64,000 nt of DNA. Origin: a virus. The position numbers and the translations under genes were made by a program. The notes beneath the pieces were generated by a model, which was not told the DNA's origin, searched no databases, and was given only the letters and a program-made list of their open reading frames with translations. The stretch lies in the IMG/VR virus record IMGVR_UViG_3300025133_000042, positions 32,001 to 96,000 of that record; one strand, 5' to 3'. This document shows, piece after piece, positions 7,043 through 15,914 of this stretch. Numbering within the stretch: the stretch's first letter is position 1; each line of letters starts with the position of its first letter.

Positions 7043-7175
7043 CTAACAGTTGAATTCTTCTTTAAGAAGAAGAAGAACCTCTTCCAGTTCTTCAAATATT
7101 TCTTCCTCGTCGTACCCTTGATCTAAAAGGGCAACGATCTCTGGCTTGAGTATGCTCTGCAGCTCTTCTTGCAAA

Positions 7176-7367
7176 CTAAGTGACATCTTCTGGCGCCTCT
7201 TGTTCATTCTGCAGTAGCATGCGCAACTTATCTCTAATTTGATCGACCATGCCAATCCTGCTATCTGGCGTGCCAGTATTGTAGTCGATCGCCTTTTTCA
7301 ACATATATAAGTCTTTAAGCACCTCGTTGATCACGTCCTCTTCCTTGTTCGGGACATAAACTCTCAT
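7176..7367 (-). CDS. Hypothetical protein
   Basis: GGAGG RBS, ORF. Confidence 0.65.
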   Translation of the reverse strand: MRVYVPNKEEDVINEVLKDLYMLKKAIDYNTGTPDSRIGMVDQIRDKLRMLLQNEQEAPEDVT

Positions 7368-7379
7368 TACTTCTTCCTC

Positions 7380-7535
7380 CTAGAGCTGAATAATAATGAC
7401 TCTTTCTTCCTCTTCTGGATCCCCCCAAGTTTCCCAGCCTTTTTTCTTGTCTGGGTTTAATTTTTCAGGATCTTCCAAGGGTATATAGTCTGGTACGGGT
7501 ATTTCCAGCCATGGCCGTTGGTCTTGGCCGCTCAA
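7380..7535 (-). CDS. 51-aa hypothetical protein (not in ORF track)
   Basis: TTG start coupled to upstream stop: MSGQDQRPWLEIPVPDY...EEEERVIIIQL. Confidence 0.6.
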   Translation of the reverse strand: MSGQDQRPWLEIPVPDYIPLEDPEKLNPDKKKGWETWGDPEEEERVIIIQL

Positions 7536-7717
7536 CGGCCTTGACCCCTGTATGGCTTGCGTCGTCGCCTGGCCTTGGATGGCCGAGTGCCGGCGCGCTT
7601 TCCTTCGTGAAAGGTCTCTCCGCCAGCAGCTGGCTTCTTGCTGTAAAGCCCATTACCCACGGTGGTCTTCTTCTTCGGAGAAGACCAAACATAATCTGTA
7701 TTTTTCTTAGCCATCAA
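7532..7717 (-). CDS. Small basic protein ending KPYRGQGR
   Basis: K/R-rich; AAGGAG RBS; C-terminal YRGQG motif familiar from T4-like aquatic phages. Confidence 0.75.
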   Translation of the reverse strand: MMAKKNTDYVWSSPKKKTTVGNGLYSKKPAAGGETFHEGKRAGTRPSKARRRRKPYRGQGR

Positions 7718-8153
7718 ATAACTCCTTGTCTACGGCTCGATCAAACATCGTAACTCCATTCAAATGATCTATTTCGTGTTGCACACATACGCACTCCAGC
7801 GCATCGTCCTTAAACGAAAAGAATAATTGATTTTTATGATTATCAGAAGCGACGACGATGTCTGTCCATCGTTCAGTTAGAACATAGTCACCTTTAAAAG
7901 AAAGACAACCTTCTTGAAAGAAACTTTTACCAAACTTGCCTACGATCTTTGGATTGATTAAAATTGTAGGCTTTCGAACTCTAATAACACATACAGCATA
8001 GTCAATGCCAACTTGGTTGGCGGCTAGGCCGGCGCCGTCGGGCTGGTCAGATAAGATCTCCAATAATCGATTTCCGATCTCCAGGCCGACGGGAACACTG
8101 GCGCAAGGCTTGCATGGTCTGCTAAGCTGTTTTATGTCGGTAACGAAATCCAC
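7707..8153 (-). CDS. def: Peptide deformylase
   Basis: GAGLAANQVG, EGCLS, QHEIDHLNG. Confidence 0.95.
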   Translation of the reverse strand: MDFVTDIKQLSRPCKPCASVPVGLEIGNRLLEILSDQPDGAGLAANQVGIDYAVCVIRVRKPTILINPKIVGKFGKSFFQEGCLSFKGDYVLTERWTDIVVASDNHKNQLFFSFKDDALECVCVQHEIDHLNGVTMFDRAVDKELFDG

Positions 8154-8205
8154 AAGCTCCTCCGTCTTATATAAATATGTCGACGGAGGAGCAACGGCAA
8201 GTCAA

Positions 8206-8634
8206 TCACTTGATGCTGACGTTAATTGCCTGGGTCTCCGGGCGCTGTGGAACAACAAGACGCAGCAGGCCATTTTCAAAATCGGCTGTGGCGGCGTTGA
8301 GATCCAAGTTGCTGTCATAATTGACATATGTCTTGGAAAAGTTCCGGCGGGCGACTCGTCGGCCGCGTTCTTCAGCGGTGATGTTCTCAGAGTTTGCCGA
8401 GACCGTGATCGACTTCTTCTCTGGTTTGATTTCAATTGAAAGGTCTTCTTTTCGAAAGCCAGCCAAAGCGAACTCCATCACAGTATCGCCATTGTCTTCT
8501 CGATAAATATCGGCCACGGGGTACCCCTGTGTTGTCTTTTGCATCAACTGTGGGAAATCCAACATGGTGTCAAAGATATCGTTAAAAACGCCTCGACCCA
8601 AGACACTTGGGCGGTAAGTAGTTAAAGTAGTCAT
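8206..8634 (-). CDS. Small heat-shock protein Hsp20/IbpA family
   Basis: YPVADI, ALAGF, A.FENGLLRL alpha-crystallin motifs. Confidence 0.93.
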   Translation of the reverse strand: MTTLTTYRPSVLGRGVFNDIFDTMLDFPQLMQKTTQGYPVADIYREDNGDTVMEFALAGFRKEDLSIEIKPEKKSITVSANSENITAEERGRRVARRNFSKTYVNYDSNLDLNAATADFENGLLRLVVPQRPETQAINVSIK

Positions 8635-8639
8635 AACAA

Positions 8640-8692
8640 TTTTCTCCTATTATAGCAAGTTATGTTTTGGCGACCTCGATGAGCGTCGCCAA
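8640..8692 (-). promoter_or_regulatory. ROSE-like RNA thermometer in the hsp20 5' UTR
   Basis: CTTGCT-ATAAT-AGGAG hairpin pairs with the SD; upstream hairpin TTGGCGAC/GTCGCCAA. Confidence 0.65.
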
Positions 8693-8696
8693 GGAA

Positions 8697-8724
8697 ATAA
8701 TACGCACCCCTCTTCGAGAGTCAA
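8697..8724 (-). promoter_or_regulatory. Sigma70-like promoter of hsp20
   Basis: TTGACT-N16-TATTAT. Confidence 0.65.
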
Positions 8725-8727
8725 GTG

Positions 8728-9075
8728 TTATTTCCAAAAAAATTGTATATACATTATTAAGCATGCAAGAAAAAAGCACACTAATGTCTTGGCAGTGAAC
8801 ATGCTTTCGTTTAAATAATACCACGTCATCACAGGGAAAACAGCGTATGACGCTCCAAAGCCAAGAAACCTAGTGTACCATAACTCGCCTGATTCAGCCA
8901 TTAATAATCTTGTGCCATAAGCAAAACAAATTCCAGTCGGTGTTGCCAACAGTGCAACTGAAAATAATAAATTATTTCTTGGCCAAGGCCAGACAAACTG
9001 AGAATTGACTTGATACCAAGCCAATACATGGCCCAGCGAATAAAGCACCAAGGCTAGAAATATTCTTTGGCTCAT
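8728..9075 (-). CDS. Four-helix small membrane protein (DMT/SMR-like)
   Basis: Four hydrophobic segments; loop YYLNES before the last helix. Confidence 0.7.
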   Translation of the reverse strand: MSQRIFLALVLYSLGHVLAWYQVNSQFVWPWPRNNLLFSVALLATPTGICFAYGTRLLMAESGELWYTRFLGFGASYAVFPVMTWYYLNESMFTAKTLVCFFLACLIMYIQFFWK

Positions 9076-9438
9076 TTAATTTAATTTTGCTGATATCGAT
9101 AGATTGCGCAATTGACTTTCGCAATATACCTGAGAAAGCGCTATTGTCTCTAAAAGATACATATCTTCTTCTACTATCATGATTTTTTCAGGATTATCTT
9201 CCACGAAAACTGGCTCTTCCATGGCCTCGTCGGCGAGGGCCATCATTTGGCAAGAAAGAGTCAGCCCTTGGCACAACAAAGAAAGAACGGGCATGGACTG
9301 AAGTCGTGGATCCTTAGCCAAATAACCTTCTATAAGATCCGCATATATCGCAGCCTTTTCTTCAGATTCCATTGCAAAATCTTCCAAAGATGACAACTGC
9401 ATTGCATATGCCATTTTAGGCTTGCCTTCTTTACTCAT
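9076..9438 (-). CDS. Hypothetical protein
   Basis: ORF in operon. Confidence 0.65.
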   Translation of the reverse strand: MSKEGKPKMAYAMQLSSLEDFAMESEEKAAIYADLIEGYLAKDPRLQSMPVLSLLCQGLTLSCQMMALADEAMEEPVFVEDNPEKIMIVEEDMYLLETIALSQVYCESQLRNLSISAKLN

Positions 9439-9697
9439 CGGACAACATATTTTTTAAATCTGTATATCCGCCTATGAACTTAGTCGTATCGATAGGGTTA
9501 TCGCTGTCACACTGGAAGACCATTGGCACTGTCTCGTGGGACCAAGCAGACTTCATCTCCTTCAAAACTCCAGGTGAATCGTCAAGCGAGATAGTATAGA
9601 ACTCCTTTTCATAAATAGAAAGGAGTTCTCTTGCCTTAATACAAAAAGGGCATTTTTCTTTTATATAGAGAATGTATTTTTTATCTTGCTCTTCCAT
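9431..9697 (-). CDS. Glutaredoxin
   Basis: CPFC, TVP, FIGGYTDL. Confidence 0.92.
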   Translation of the reverse strand: MEEQDKKYILYIKEKCPFCIKARELLSIYEKEFYTISLDDSPGVLKEMKSAWSHETVPMVFQCDSDNPIDTTKFIGGYTDLKNMLSDE

Positions 9698-9698
9698 G

Positions 9699-10010
9699 CT
9701 ACTTCTCTTGTAGCCTCCTAGCAACCTGCTCAGTGGTGGCCACGATTGTCATGCTTGTCGACGGGCCGTGCTTAAAAAACACTCTTGTGTAGGACGCGTC
9801 CTTATTTAAATCTAGTTGGGAGCAAATATTTTCTCTGTTTGTTTCTGCCTTCTCGTCAATACAAAAATGACTAATATTTGTTGAATCTACAAAAACTTCG
9901 CGAAGGGTCCAGCCATAAATTAGTTTGCCCTTTTGTCCAGTGTTGGAATTGACCACATTTGGATCATAGTACCCTGAATCCTCTTTAATTTCAATAAACT
10001 TAACAATCAT
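9699..10010 (-). CDS. Hypothetical protein
   Basis: ORF with AGGAG RBS. Confidence 0.7.
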   Translation of the reverse strand: MIVKFIEIKEDSGYYDPNVVNSNTGQKGKLIYGWTLREVFVDSTNISHFCIDEKAETNRENICSQLDLNKDASYTRVFFKHGPSTSMTIVATTEQVARRLQEK

Positions 10011-10013
10011 TTT

Positions 10014-10238
10014 CTAAAACTCCTTTTTAATATATTTGTTCATTACCCACGCGTGGGCGCCATTATAGATAATGGTAGTCACGCCGGATTCCATCCACGC
10101 TCTCGCAGGGCCTTCTCTCTGCTCGCAAACAACATAGTATCCCGGCTTATCGGGGTAAAGCACTTCCCAGCTTAAACCATCGTTACTAAGGATGGGGGCG
10201 TTCGACGGAACGTACACCAAATCACCGGGTTTGCTCAT
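10014..10238 (-). CDS. Hypothetical SH3-like protein
   Basis: MSKPGDLVYV after GGAGG. Confidence 0.6.
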   Translation of the reverse strand: MSKPGDLVYVPSNAPILSNDGLSWEVLYPDKPGYYVVCEQREGPARAWMESGVTTIIYNGAHAWVMNKYIKKEF

Positions 10239-10557
10239 CTTCGGCCTCCTGCGAGGGCGCCTGCAGGTCATCAGCAGGGGCGCCTTGTTGGGCTTCAGAC
10301 GCGTGCTGATAGAGCTTGTCAATCACGCTGGAGATTTGTTCCATGGACTGATCAACGGCATACAGTTCTCTTCTTAGAGCGTGGATATTGTCTTTTATGT
10401 TGAGCAGGTTCACTACGCGTAGTTGAAAGCAGTTTGATAAGTTATTCGAAGACTCTAGAGCTGCGGACAACATCTTCAGCGCATGATCTACTTGCTCTCC
10501 AATATCCTCTCTTATCTCGTCATATGTATATTCTTTTGTTAATTTCATAATTTCCAT
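10222..10557 (-). CDS. Hypothetical coiled-coil protein
   Basis: Heptad-like helical ORF. Confidence 0.65.
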   Translation of the reverse strand: MEIMKLTKEYTYDEIREDIGEQVDHALKMLSAALESSNNLSNCFQLRVVNLLNIKDNIHALRRELYAVDQSMEQISSVIDKLYQHASEAQQGAPADDLQAPSQEAEDEQTR

Positions 10558-10560
10558 TTA

Positions 10561-12126
10561 TTATTCCTCTATCACTGCAGCTGCAGTAGTTATCAGAGTC
10601 GAAGAAACGCTAACAGCGTTAGCCAAAGCATTTCTTGTCACCTTCACAGGATCAATGATTCCAGCATCATACATGTTAACTAGGTCGTTTCTAGCGAAAT
10701 CCCACCCAACGTCTAAGTCTGTAGAATCAAGCTTGTTGAGGATGACCTCGTAGCTAAGATTTGCATTATTTGACATCTGCTTAAGAGGCGCGATGAGGCC
10801 ATTTCTGACGATTAAAGCGCCCGTCAGGCGGTCACCGGACAGATCGTCTGTGGCAAAGTGCCGGCAGCGCAAGAGCGCGACGCCTCCGCCGGGGACGACG
10901 CCTTCTTCCTGCGCGGCTGTGACGGCTTCGAGAGCGTCCTCAATCCTATGTTTTTTCTCTACCATTTCAACATCTGTTGAAGCGCCGACTTTAATAACAG
11001 CGACTCCAGAAGCTAATCTGGTGATTCTTTGTTGCGTCCTTTCACACTCAACAATATCGTCAATCTGTCTAACCAGCTCTTTGAGCATTTCAATTCTTTC
11101 TTGAATCACGTCGTTGTTGCCCAAGCCGCCGACAAAAGTAGTTTTGTTCTTTAGAATTTCAACGCTCTTACATGTTCCCAGGTCAGACATTTGCACATCT
11201 GCCAAGAGTTTGTCTTTCTTCGCGGAGACAAAAGTAGCGCCAATAGACAGTGCCAAGTCTTCCAAGGCTTCAGTTCTCTGCTCTCCGTAGCCGGGAGCTT
11301 TTACTGCAGCGACACGCATGGAGCCACGGACGGTATTCATGATAAGCGCTGCGAGAGCCTGGCCCTCAATTTGCTCGGCAACAACAACGAAGGGCCGGCC
11401 GTCGCGGGCGGCTAATTCCAGCACTGGGAGGATTTGAGCCACTTGGTCTATCTTATGATCTGTGACCAGGACCAAGCACTCGTCGTACTCAACGGCCGCT
11501 CGTCGTTGGTTTGTAATAAAAGAAGTAGAAAAGTATCCAGAATCAAACTGAAATCCCTCGATAACATCAAGGGAGGTGTCAAGCGATTTGGCTTCTTCAA
11601 CTGCGATGGCTCCGTTGTTACCAACCATCTCTACAGCCTCGGCAATGAGCCGGCCAATAGTTTCGTCGCCATTTGCTGAAATAGTCGCGACGCTCTCAAT
11701 CTCCTCCAGAGACTCAACATGCCGGGCCATTCCTTTGAGTTCTTCGAGGACGCGGCGTAGAGCCATATCCATGCCGCGCTTAAGTTCGACAGTACTCGCG
11801 CCCGCAAGAATATATTTCTGTGCTTCGTTGAGAAGCTCGCGGGCCAGGACGGTCGAAGTAGTAGTGCCGTCTCCAGCATTGGTGTTTGTCTGTGACGAAG
11901 CCTGCTTTAAAATCTGTGCTCCAGTATTTTCAATCGGGTCATCCAAATCGACAAACCTAGAGACTGTCACACCATCTTTGGTAATAATGGGCATGCCATC
12001 TTTTTGTTTTAAAATGACGTTGTTCCCGCGAGGACCCAGCGTGCACGCAACCAAATCAGCCAGCTTATTCGCGCCGGCTAATACTCTAGAATTAAGCTCC
12101 TGGCCGGAGCTACATATCTTTGACAT
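10561..12126 (-). CDS. groEL: Chaperonin GroEL (phage-encoded)
   Basis: TLGPRG, ITKDGVTV, AGDGTTT, KAPGYG, EDAL, VPGGG, IDPVKV. Confidence 0.97.
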   Translation of the reverse strand: MSKICSSGQELNSRVLAGANKLADLVACTLGPRGNNVILKQKDGMPIITKDGVTVSRFVDLDDPIENTGAQILKQASSQTNTNAGDGTTTSTVLARELLNEAQKYILAGASTVELKRGMDMALRRVLEELKGMARHVESLEEIESVATISANGDETIGRLIAEAVEMVGNNGAIAVEEAKSLDTSLDVIEGFQFDSGYFSTSFITNQRRAAVEYDECLVLVTDHKIDQVAQILPVLELAARDGRPFVVVAEQIEGQALAALIMNTVRGSMRVAAVKAPGYGEQRTEALEDLALSIGATFVSAKKDKLLADVQMSDLGTCKSVEILKNKTTFVGGLGNNDVIQERIEMLKELVRQIDDIVECERTQQRITRLASGVAVIKVGASTDVEMVEKKHRIEDALEAVTAAQEEGVVPGGGVALLRCRHFATDDLSGDRLTGALIVRNGLIAPLKQMSNNANLSYEVILNKLDSTDLDVGWDFARNDLVNMYDAGIIDPVKVTRNALANAVSVSSTLITTAAAVIEE

Positions 12127-12143
12127 AGAAACCTCTCTAATAT

Positions 12144-12171
12144 AGAATAATCACATTATATATCAAGTCAA
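12144..12171 (-). promoter_or_regulatory. Sigma70-like promoter of groEL
   Basis: TTGACT-N16-TATTCT. Confidence 0.55.
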
Positions 12172-12179
12172 TACTATAT

Positions 12180-13604
12180 TTAACTTTGATCCGAATATCT
12201 TGGATCTTTTTCGAGCACGTCAGTAATCTTTTCACTACTCTCTAGAGCTGTGACTGCTGATGCTTGTGCCTTTGCTCTTCGCTTTTCTCTGTAATAAGAT
12301 CCAATATTATCAGCTAAGTTTTTTGTTTCAGTCAACAAAGTCATGACGTCGCCTTTGAGCTTTTCGGTATAGATTTCAGCTAGTTGGTCAATTCTATCTT
12401 GTGAGAGTTCAAGCGATCCGAAAGTGTGAAGGCCAATTTCAGCATGCAAGTCTTTAATCTGCTTCCACGTGGCTTTCCACTGCGTCCCGGCGTCTTTGCC
12501 TTCTACTAAAAGCTCTTCTTTCATGAGTCTTTTTTCTCTGGCGTGGAAACTCTCTGCCATTTCGTTCTCGCGGTCCATAAACGCCGCCATGTCTCTCTCG
12601 CCTCCCGCTTTTTTCCTATCGAGTTCCGTGCGCTTCTTGAGGGCTTTCTTTTCCGCTGCAGCGATTTCTTCCGGGGTCCTAAACTGCTCAGCTTCTTTTG
12701 GGTTGTAGCCGCCAGCTTTCAAGAAAGCAGGAATCATTCCTCTTCCATAGCCAGGAGTCTGCATTATGGCGGCACCTGCTCGCATTCTATTTTCTTTAGA
12801 ACCGTCAGCGGCCATGGCAGCAAAAGAGTTTTCAAGCTCTGTAGTGCGCATGCGACCTAGCAGCCCTTCACCACCGCCGACGCCTTCAATAAACGTCAAA
12901 AAGTTAGATCTATTGATTTCAAACTCCCAAAGCTGAAGCTGGTCTACGTTCTCACTTGGAGTGTACTTGAATGCAATTAGATACTTAATCATTGGTTCGC
13001 CGCGAACAATAAGATAATCGACTAAGTTTGTATAGCTTCCTTTGGTAACTCCCTGAAGGGTTAGCAGCTTCAGACTAACCGGAACTCCGCCACCGTAGTC
13101 CGAGAAGGCGACAAAATCTTCGATTGGAAGAGTGCCGCCGACCTTGCCAGCTATTTGCTTGCCACCTGTTAAGGCGGCCATGAAGCCCTCAAACACAAAG
13201 CCTGCGGCAGACTCGTTAAAATCGTTTAATGTTGCCTGCAGGGCCTCGATGACCAACATCATGTTAATGATCACGCCAGGAGATCGTTTTCTGGCTGCGG
13301 CCTTAGGGTCGAGAAACTTATTAAGGTCTAGTAGCTTCGCCTTGATGTCTCTACCACCACGAACAACAGAAAATATTTTCATTATCTGTTCTCTATCTTG
13401 AGAGTTGGGATCTCCCCAGGCCTCAGAAGGAGTCCAGGAAGGAAGATCAACGTGCATACTGAATCGTCCGCCAGTGGATTCTTTGGCCTCTGTTAATAAG
13501 CCAGCGCCCGACAGCTCGGCTTCAACCAGCTTAGCCAAGTCATTTAAATTAAACTTCTCTGCATAAAAATCTTCAACGTACTTTTCCATGATGTAACTCC
13601 TCAA
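12180..13604 (-). CDS. Late protein with possible PD-(D/E)xK nuclease-like core
   Basis: AGFVFEGF...PIEDF...VSLKL; late motif upstream; LLTE site. Confidence 0.55.
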   Translation of the reverse strand: MRSYIMEKYVEDFYAEKFNLNDLAKLVEAELSGAGLLTEAKESTGGRFSMHVDLPSWTPSEAWGDPNSQDREQIMKIFSVVRGGRDIKAKLLDLNKFLDPKAAARKRSPGVIINMMLVIEALQATLNDFNESAAGFVFEGFMAALTGGKQIAGKVGGTLPIEDFVAFSDYGGGVPVSLKLLTLQGVTKGSYTNLVDYLIVRGEPMIKYLIAFKYTPSENVDQLQLWEFEINRSNFLTFIEGVGGGEGLLGRMRTTELENSFAAMAADGSKENRMRAGAAIMQTPGYGRGMIPAFLKAGGYNPKEAEQFRTPEEIAAAEKKALKKRTELDRKKAGGERDMAAFMDRENEMAESFHAREKRLMKEELLVEGKDAGTQWKATWKQIKDLHAEIGLHTFGSLELSQDRIDQLAEIYTEKLKGDVMTLLTETKNLADNIGSYYREKRRAKAQASAVTALESSEKITDVLEKDPRYSDQS

Positions 13605-13631
13605 CTTATAAATAGATTCAAGCTGCTAGAA

Positions 13632-14312
13632 TCAGACGATAATATCTGCGATTCCCAAATCAACTGCTTGCTGGGCGTCGAGATATACATTTGTCTTCTT
13701 GGCCATCAACTTTTTGATGTAGGCAGGAGTCATGTCTGTCTCGGCGGCGAGGGCGAGGGCATATTGTTTCTGTGTGAACTTCGTCTCAGCAAACTCGTTC
13801 TCCATATCAGCAATATGCCCGCTGTGGCCTGAGTTGACTCCATGAATCATGACGCGGCAATGCTTGCCAATCTTCCTCTGTCCTTTCGTGCCTGCAGCAA
13901 GAAGAAGCACGCCGGCGGACATGACCTTGCCAATGCCACAAGTAACGACTGGGATTGTTTCTCTCACGTATCTTATCACGTCGTATACTGAAAACATCTC
14001 CGAGGCTTGTCCGCCATAGGTACTAACATAAAACTCAATGGGGCCAGGCTCTTCTTCAGCTGGGTCTTGCATGATGTCCTTCTGAAAGAGGAGGAGGCTA
14101 AAAACAGCTTCCTGGGCCTTGATTTCGTTGACATCTCCATAAATACCCGTCATATGCACTGGCCTCGGAGCCGCGGCTAGCATATCCATGATCATGCCCT
14201 TGTCTTCTTCGGGTGGATTTTCAGCGGTATCCGGGACGTGCGGGCCAGGGTCCGAGTCCGAGTCCGAGTCCTTGGTGCCTCGACGGCTGGGCTTGGTTGT
14301 CTTGGTAATCAT
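13632..14312 (-). CDS. clpP: ClpP protease
   Basis: STYGG, GKVMSAG (Ser), RVMIH (His), YLDAQQAVDLGIAD. Confidence 0.92.
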   Translation of the reverse strand: MITKTTKPSRRGTKDSDSDSDPGPHVPDTAENPPEEDKGMIMDMLAAAPRPVHMTGIYGDVNEIKAQEAVFSLLLFQKDIMQDPAEEEPGPIEFYVSTYGGQASEMFSVYDVIRYVRETIPVVTCGIGKVMSAGVLLLAAGTKGQRKIGKHCRVMIHGVNSGHSGHIADMENEFAETKFTQKQYALALAAETDMTPAYIKKLMAKKTNVYLDAQQAVDLGIADIIV

Positions 14313-14680
14313 TTCATCTCCTCGTCTATGATTCTCATTGCGCTATTCCAATCTTTAAATTTCAGATTTCTCATTATGTGTTTGGGCAGTGCAGCTAATA
14401 ACGAATTAATCGCTATTATTCTCCATAACTTAGACATCTCCTCGTCTTGATTCTTTATGGAATCTAGTTCTAATATAGGCATGCCCGACTCTTCTAACAA
14501 GGTGTATTTTATATTTTCCGACATTTTCTTAGTTTCGTCGGCAATTCTCATAGCTCCTATGCAATTTTTAATTGTTGTGTTATAAACTTCAATTGATTTG
14601 CCTACGTCAAAAAGCCCAGACAAAAACTTATAACTAATTACACCAGCCAAAAAATAGAATAAGGCCTCGTATTGCTCCAT
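14309..14680 (-). CDS. N-terminally membrane-anchored hypothetical protein
   Basis: Hydrophobic N-terminus. Confidence 0.7.
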   Translation of the reverse strand: MEQYEALFYFLAGVISYKFLSGLFDVGKSIEVYNTTIKNCIGAMRIADETKKMSENIKYTLLEESGMPILELDSIKNQDEEMSKLWRIIAINSLLAALPKHIMRNLKFKDWNSAMRIIDEEMK

Positions 14681-14690
14681 AAAACACCAT

Positions 14691-14721
14691 AAAAAAAGGC
14701 AGGGGGATACCCTGCCTTTTT
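14691..14721. terminator. Bidirectional intrinsic terminator
   Basis: A7-GGCAGGG-GGATA-CCCTGCC-T5. Confidence 0.8.
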
Positions 14722-14743
14722 AGTTAAAAATCTCTTTTTATTC

Positions 14744-15277
14744 TTACTGCCCTGCCAAAATTCTTTTTGCGACGCGGCGGGCGACCATGTTGACCACCTC
14801 GTCGAGAGTCTCCTCTGACTCTTCCAAGTTATTTTCCTTCTCTTCAAGAGTCTCCTCTGACTCTTCCAAGTTATTTTCCTTCTCTTCGAGCGGGTGCTTG
14901 GACTGCTCCATCATCTCCTCCTCAGGCTCAGGAGGAGGGCCTTCTTCCTCAGGAACAGGGACTTCTTCTTCGGCGGGGCCGGCGTCATCTTCGACTTCAA
15001 TGTCGGCGCCGGTGTGCTGCTCAATAACAGCTGCCAGATCCCGGACCAAAGCCTCGACATCGACGGAGCCGTCTGCTGGTGCCTCCATCTCATCTTCGGG
15101 TCCGGGGGAGAGGTCGACCGGCGCTTCTTCGGGCTCGGGGCCCATGTCCAGCTCATCGTCCTCAGACACGTACTCCTCTGTTAAGCGAGTAACAAAGCCA
15201 TCAGCCAGCTTATTCATGTTGGCATATTTCATCATATTGCGAATTTCATTTTCTGTAAGAAGGTTTTTCATAAACAC
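14744..15277 (-). CDS. Acidic scaffold/internal-head-like protein
   Basis: Very E/D/P-rich, several L-x-E sites, late motif upstream. Confidence 0.7.
   Translation of the reverse strand: MFMKNLLTENEIRNMMKYANMNKLADGFVTRLTEEYVSEDDELDMGPEPEEAPVDLSPGPEDEMEAPADGSVDVEALVRDLAAVIEQHTGADIEVEDDAGPAEEEVPVPEEEGPPPEPEEEMMEQSKHPLEEKENNLEESEETLEEKENNLEESEETLDEVVNMVARRVAKRILAGQ
14805..14887. repeat. 42-bp tandem duplication encoding LEEKENNLEESEET x2
   Basis: AGAGTCTCCTCTGACTCTTCCAAGTTATTTTCCTTCTCTTC at 14805 and 14847. Confidence 0.95.
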
Positions 15278-15330
15278 AGTACTCCTAGCGTCTTTTATAA
15301 ATAGTAGTTAAGTTTTTATAAAGCAAATTT

Positions 15331-15564
15331 TTAATCACGGTCAAAATGCTTCTTTATTTTGTGCAAGATCTTGTCTTCTAGCTGCTTTATTCTAACATAG
15401 CTCAAGCCCAAGCGATCTCCGATTTCGCGAAGAGTCATTGGCCCGTTGATGTTAACACTTTCAAGCGTACAGTTTAAATCTTTACTATAGCTTATCCAGT
15501 ATCTGCATTCTTCTACCGGGCATTCTACGTTTAATCTTTTGCATGTTTCTAGGCACTTTCTCAT
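15331..15564 (-). CDS. Stand-alone sigma70 region-4 HTH with Cys-rich N-terminus
   Basis: GPMTLREIGDRLGLSYVRIKQLEDKILHKI; five Cys upstream. Confidence 0.85.
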   Translation of the reverse strand: MRKCLETCKRLNVECPVEECRYWISYSKDLNCTLESVNINGPMTLREIGDRLGLSYVRIKQLEDKILHKIKKHFDRD

Positions 15565-15914
15565 AATTCGGGGTGCTCCATTTCAATTATATCAAAAATA
15601 TCATCTAGCTCGTCCTTGTCCAAGCCAAAATTAAGTGAGGCTTCTGTTGACGCGGCGTGCATCTTCTTTATATATTCTCTCTTGGGCTTGCCCTGTATCA
15701 CGTGCAGCTCTTTGAAATTCTCTATAAAAGACAAGATATTTGAATCACTTTCTAGATATCCTGTAATCATCATTCTAAAGAACTGAGATTGGCTTAAGTT
15801 GTCGTACTGACATCTTATTCGCAGCTGCGCTTGGCGGTCTTCCGAATCATAAAACATGAACTTCTTTCTGGTTTTTGGATCGGGCCTTGTGGGATCTTTC
15901 AACCGTTCCTCCAA
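15561..15914 (-). CDS. Putative ribbon-helix-helix DNA-binding protein
   Basis: KKFMFY strand, helix, SQSQFFRMMITGYL. Confidence 0.5.
   Translation of the reverse strand: MEERLKDPTRPDPKTRKKFMFYDSEDRQAQLRIRCQYDNLSQSQFFRMMITGYLESDSNILSFIENFKELHVIQGKPKREYIKKMHAASTEASLNFGLDKDELDDIFDIIEMEHPEL

Noticed and set aside
14250-14271. TCCGAG x3 microrepeat in clpP
   Set aside because: Only encodes a DSDSDSD low-complexity linker
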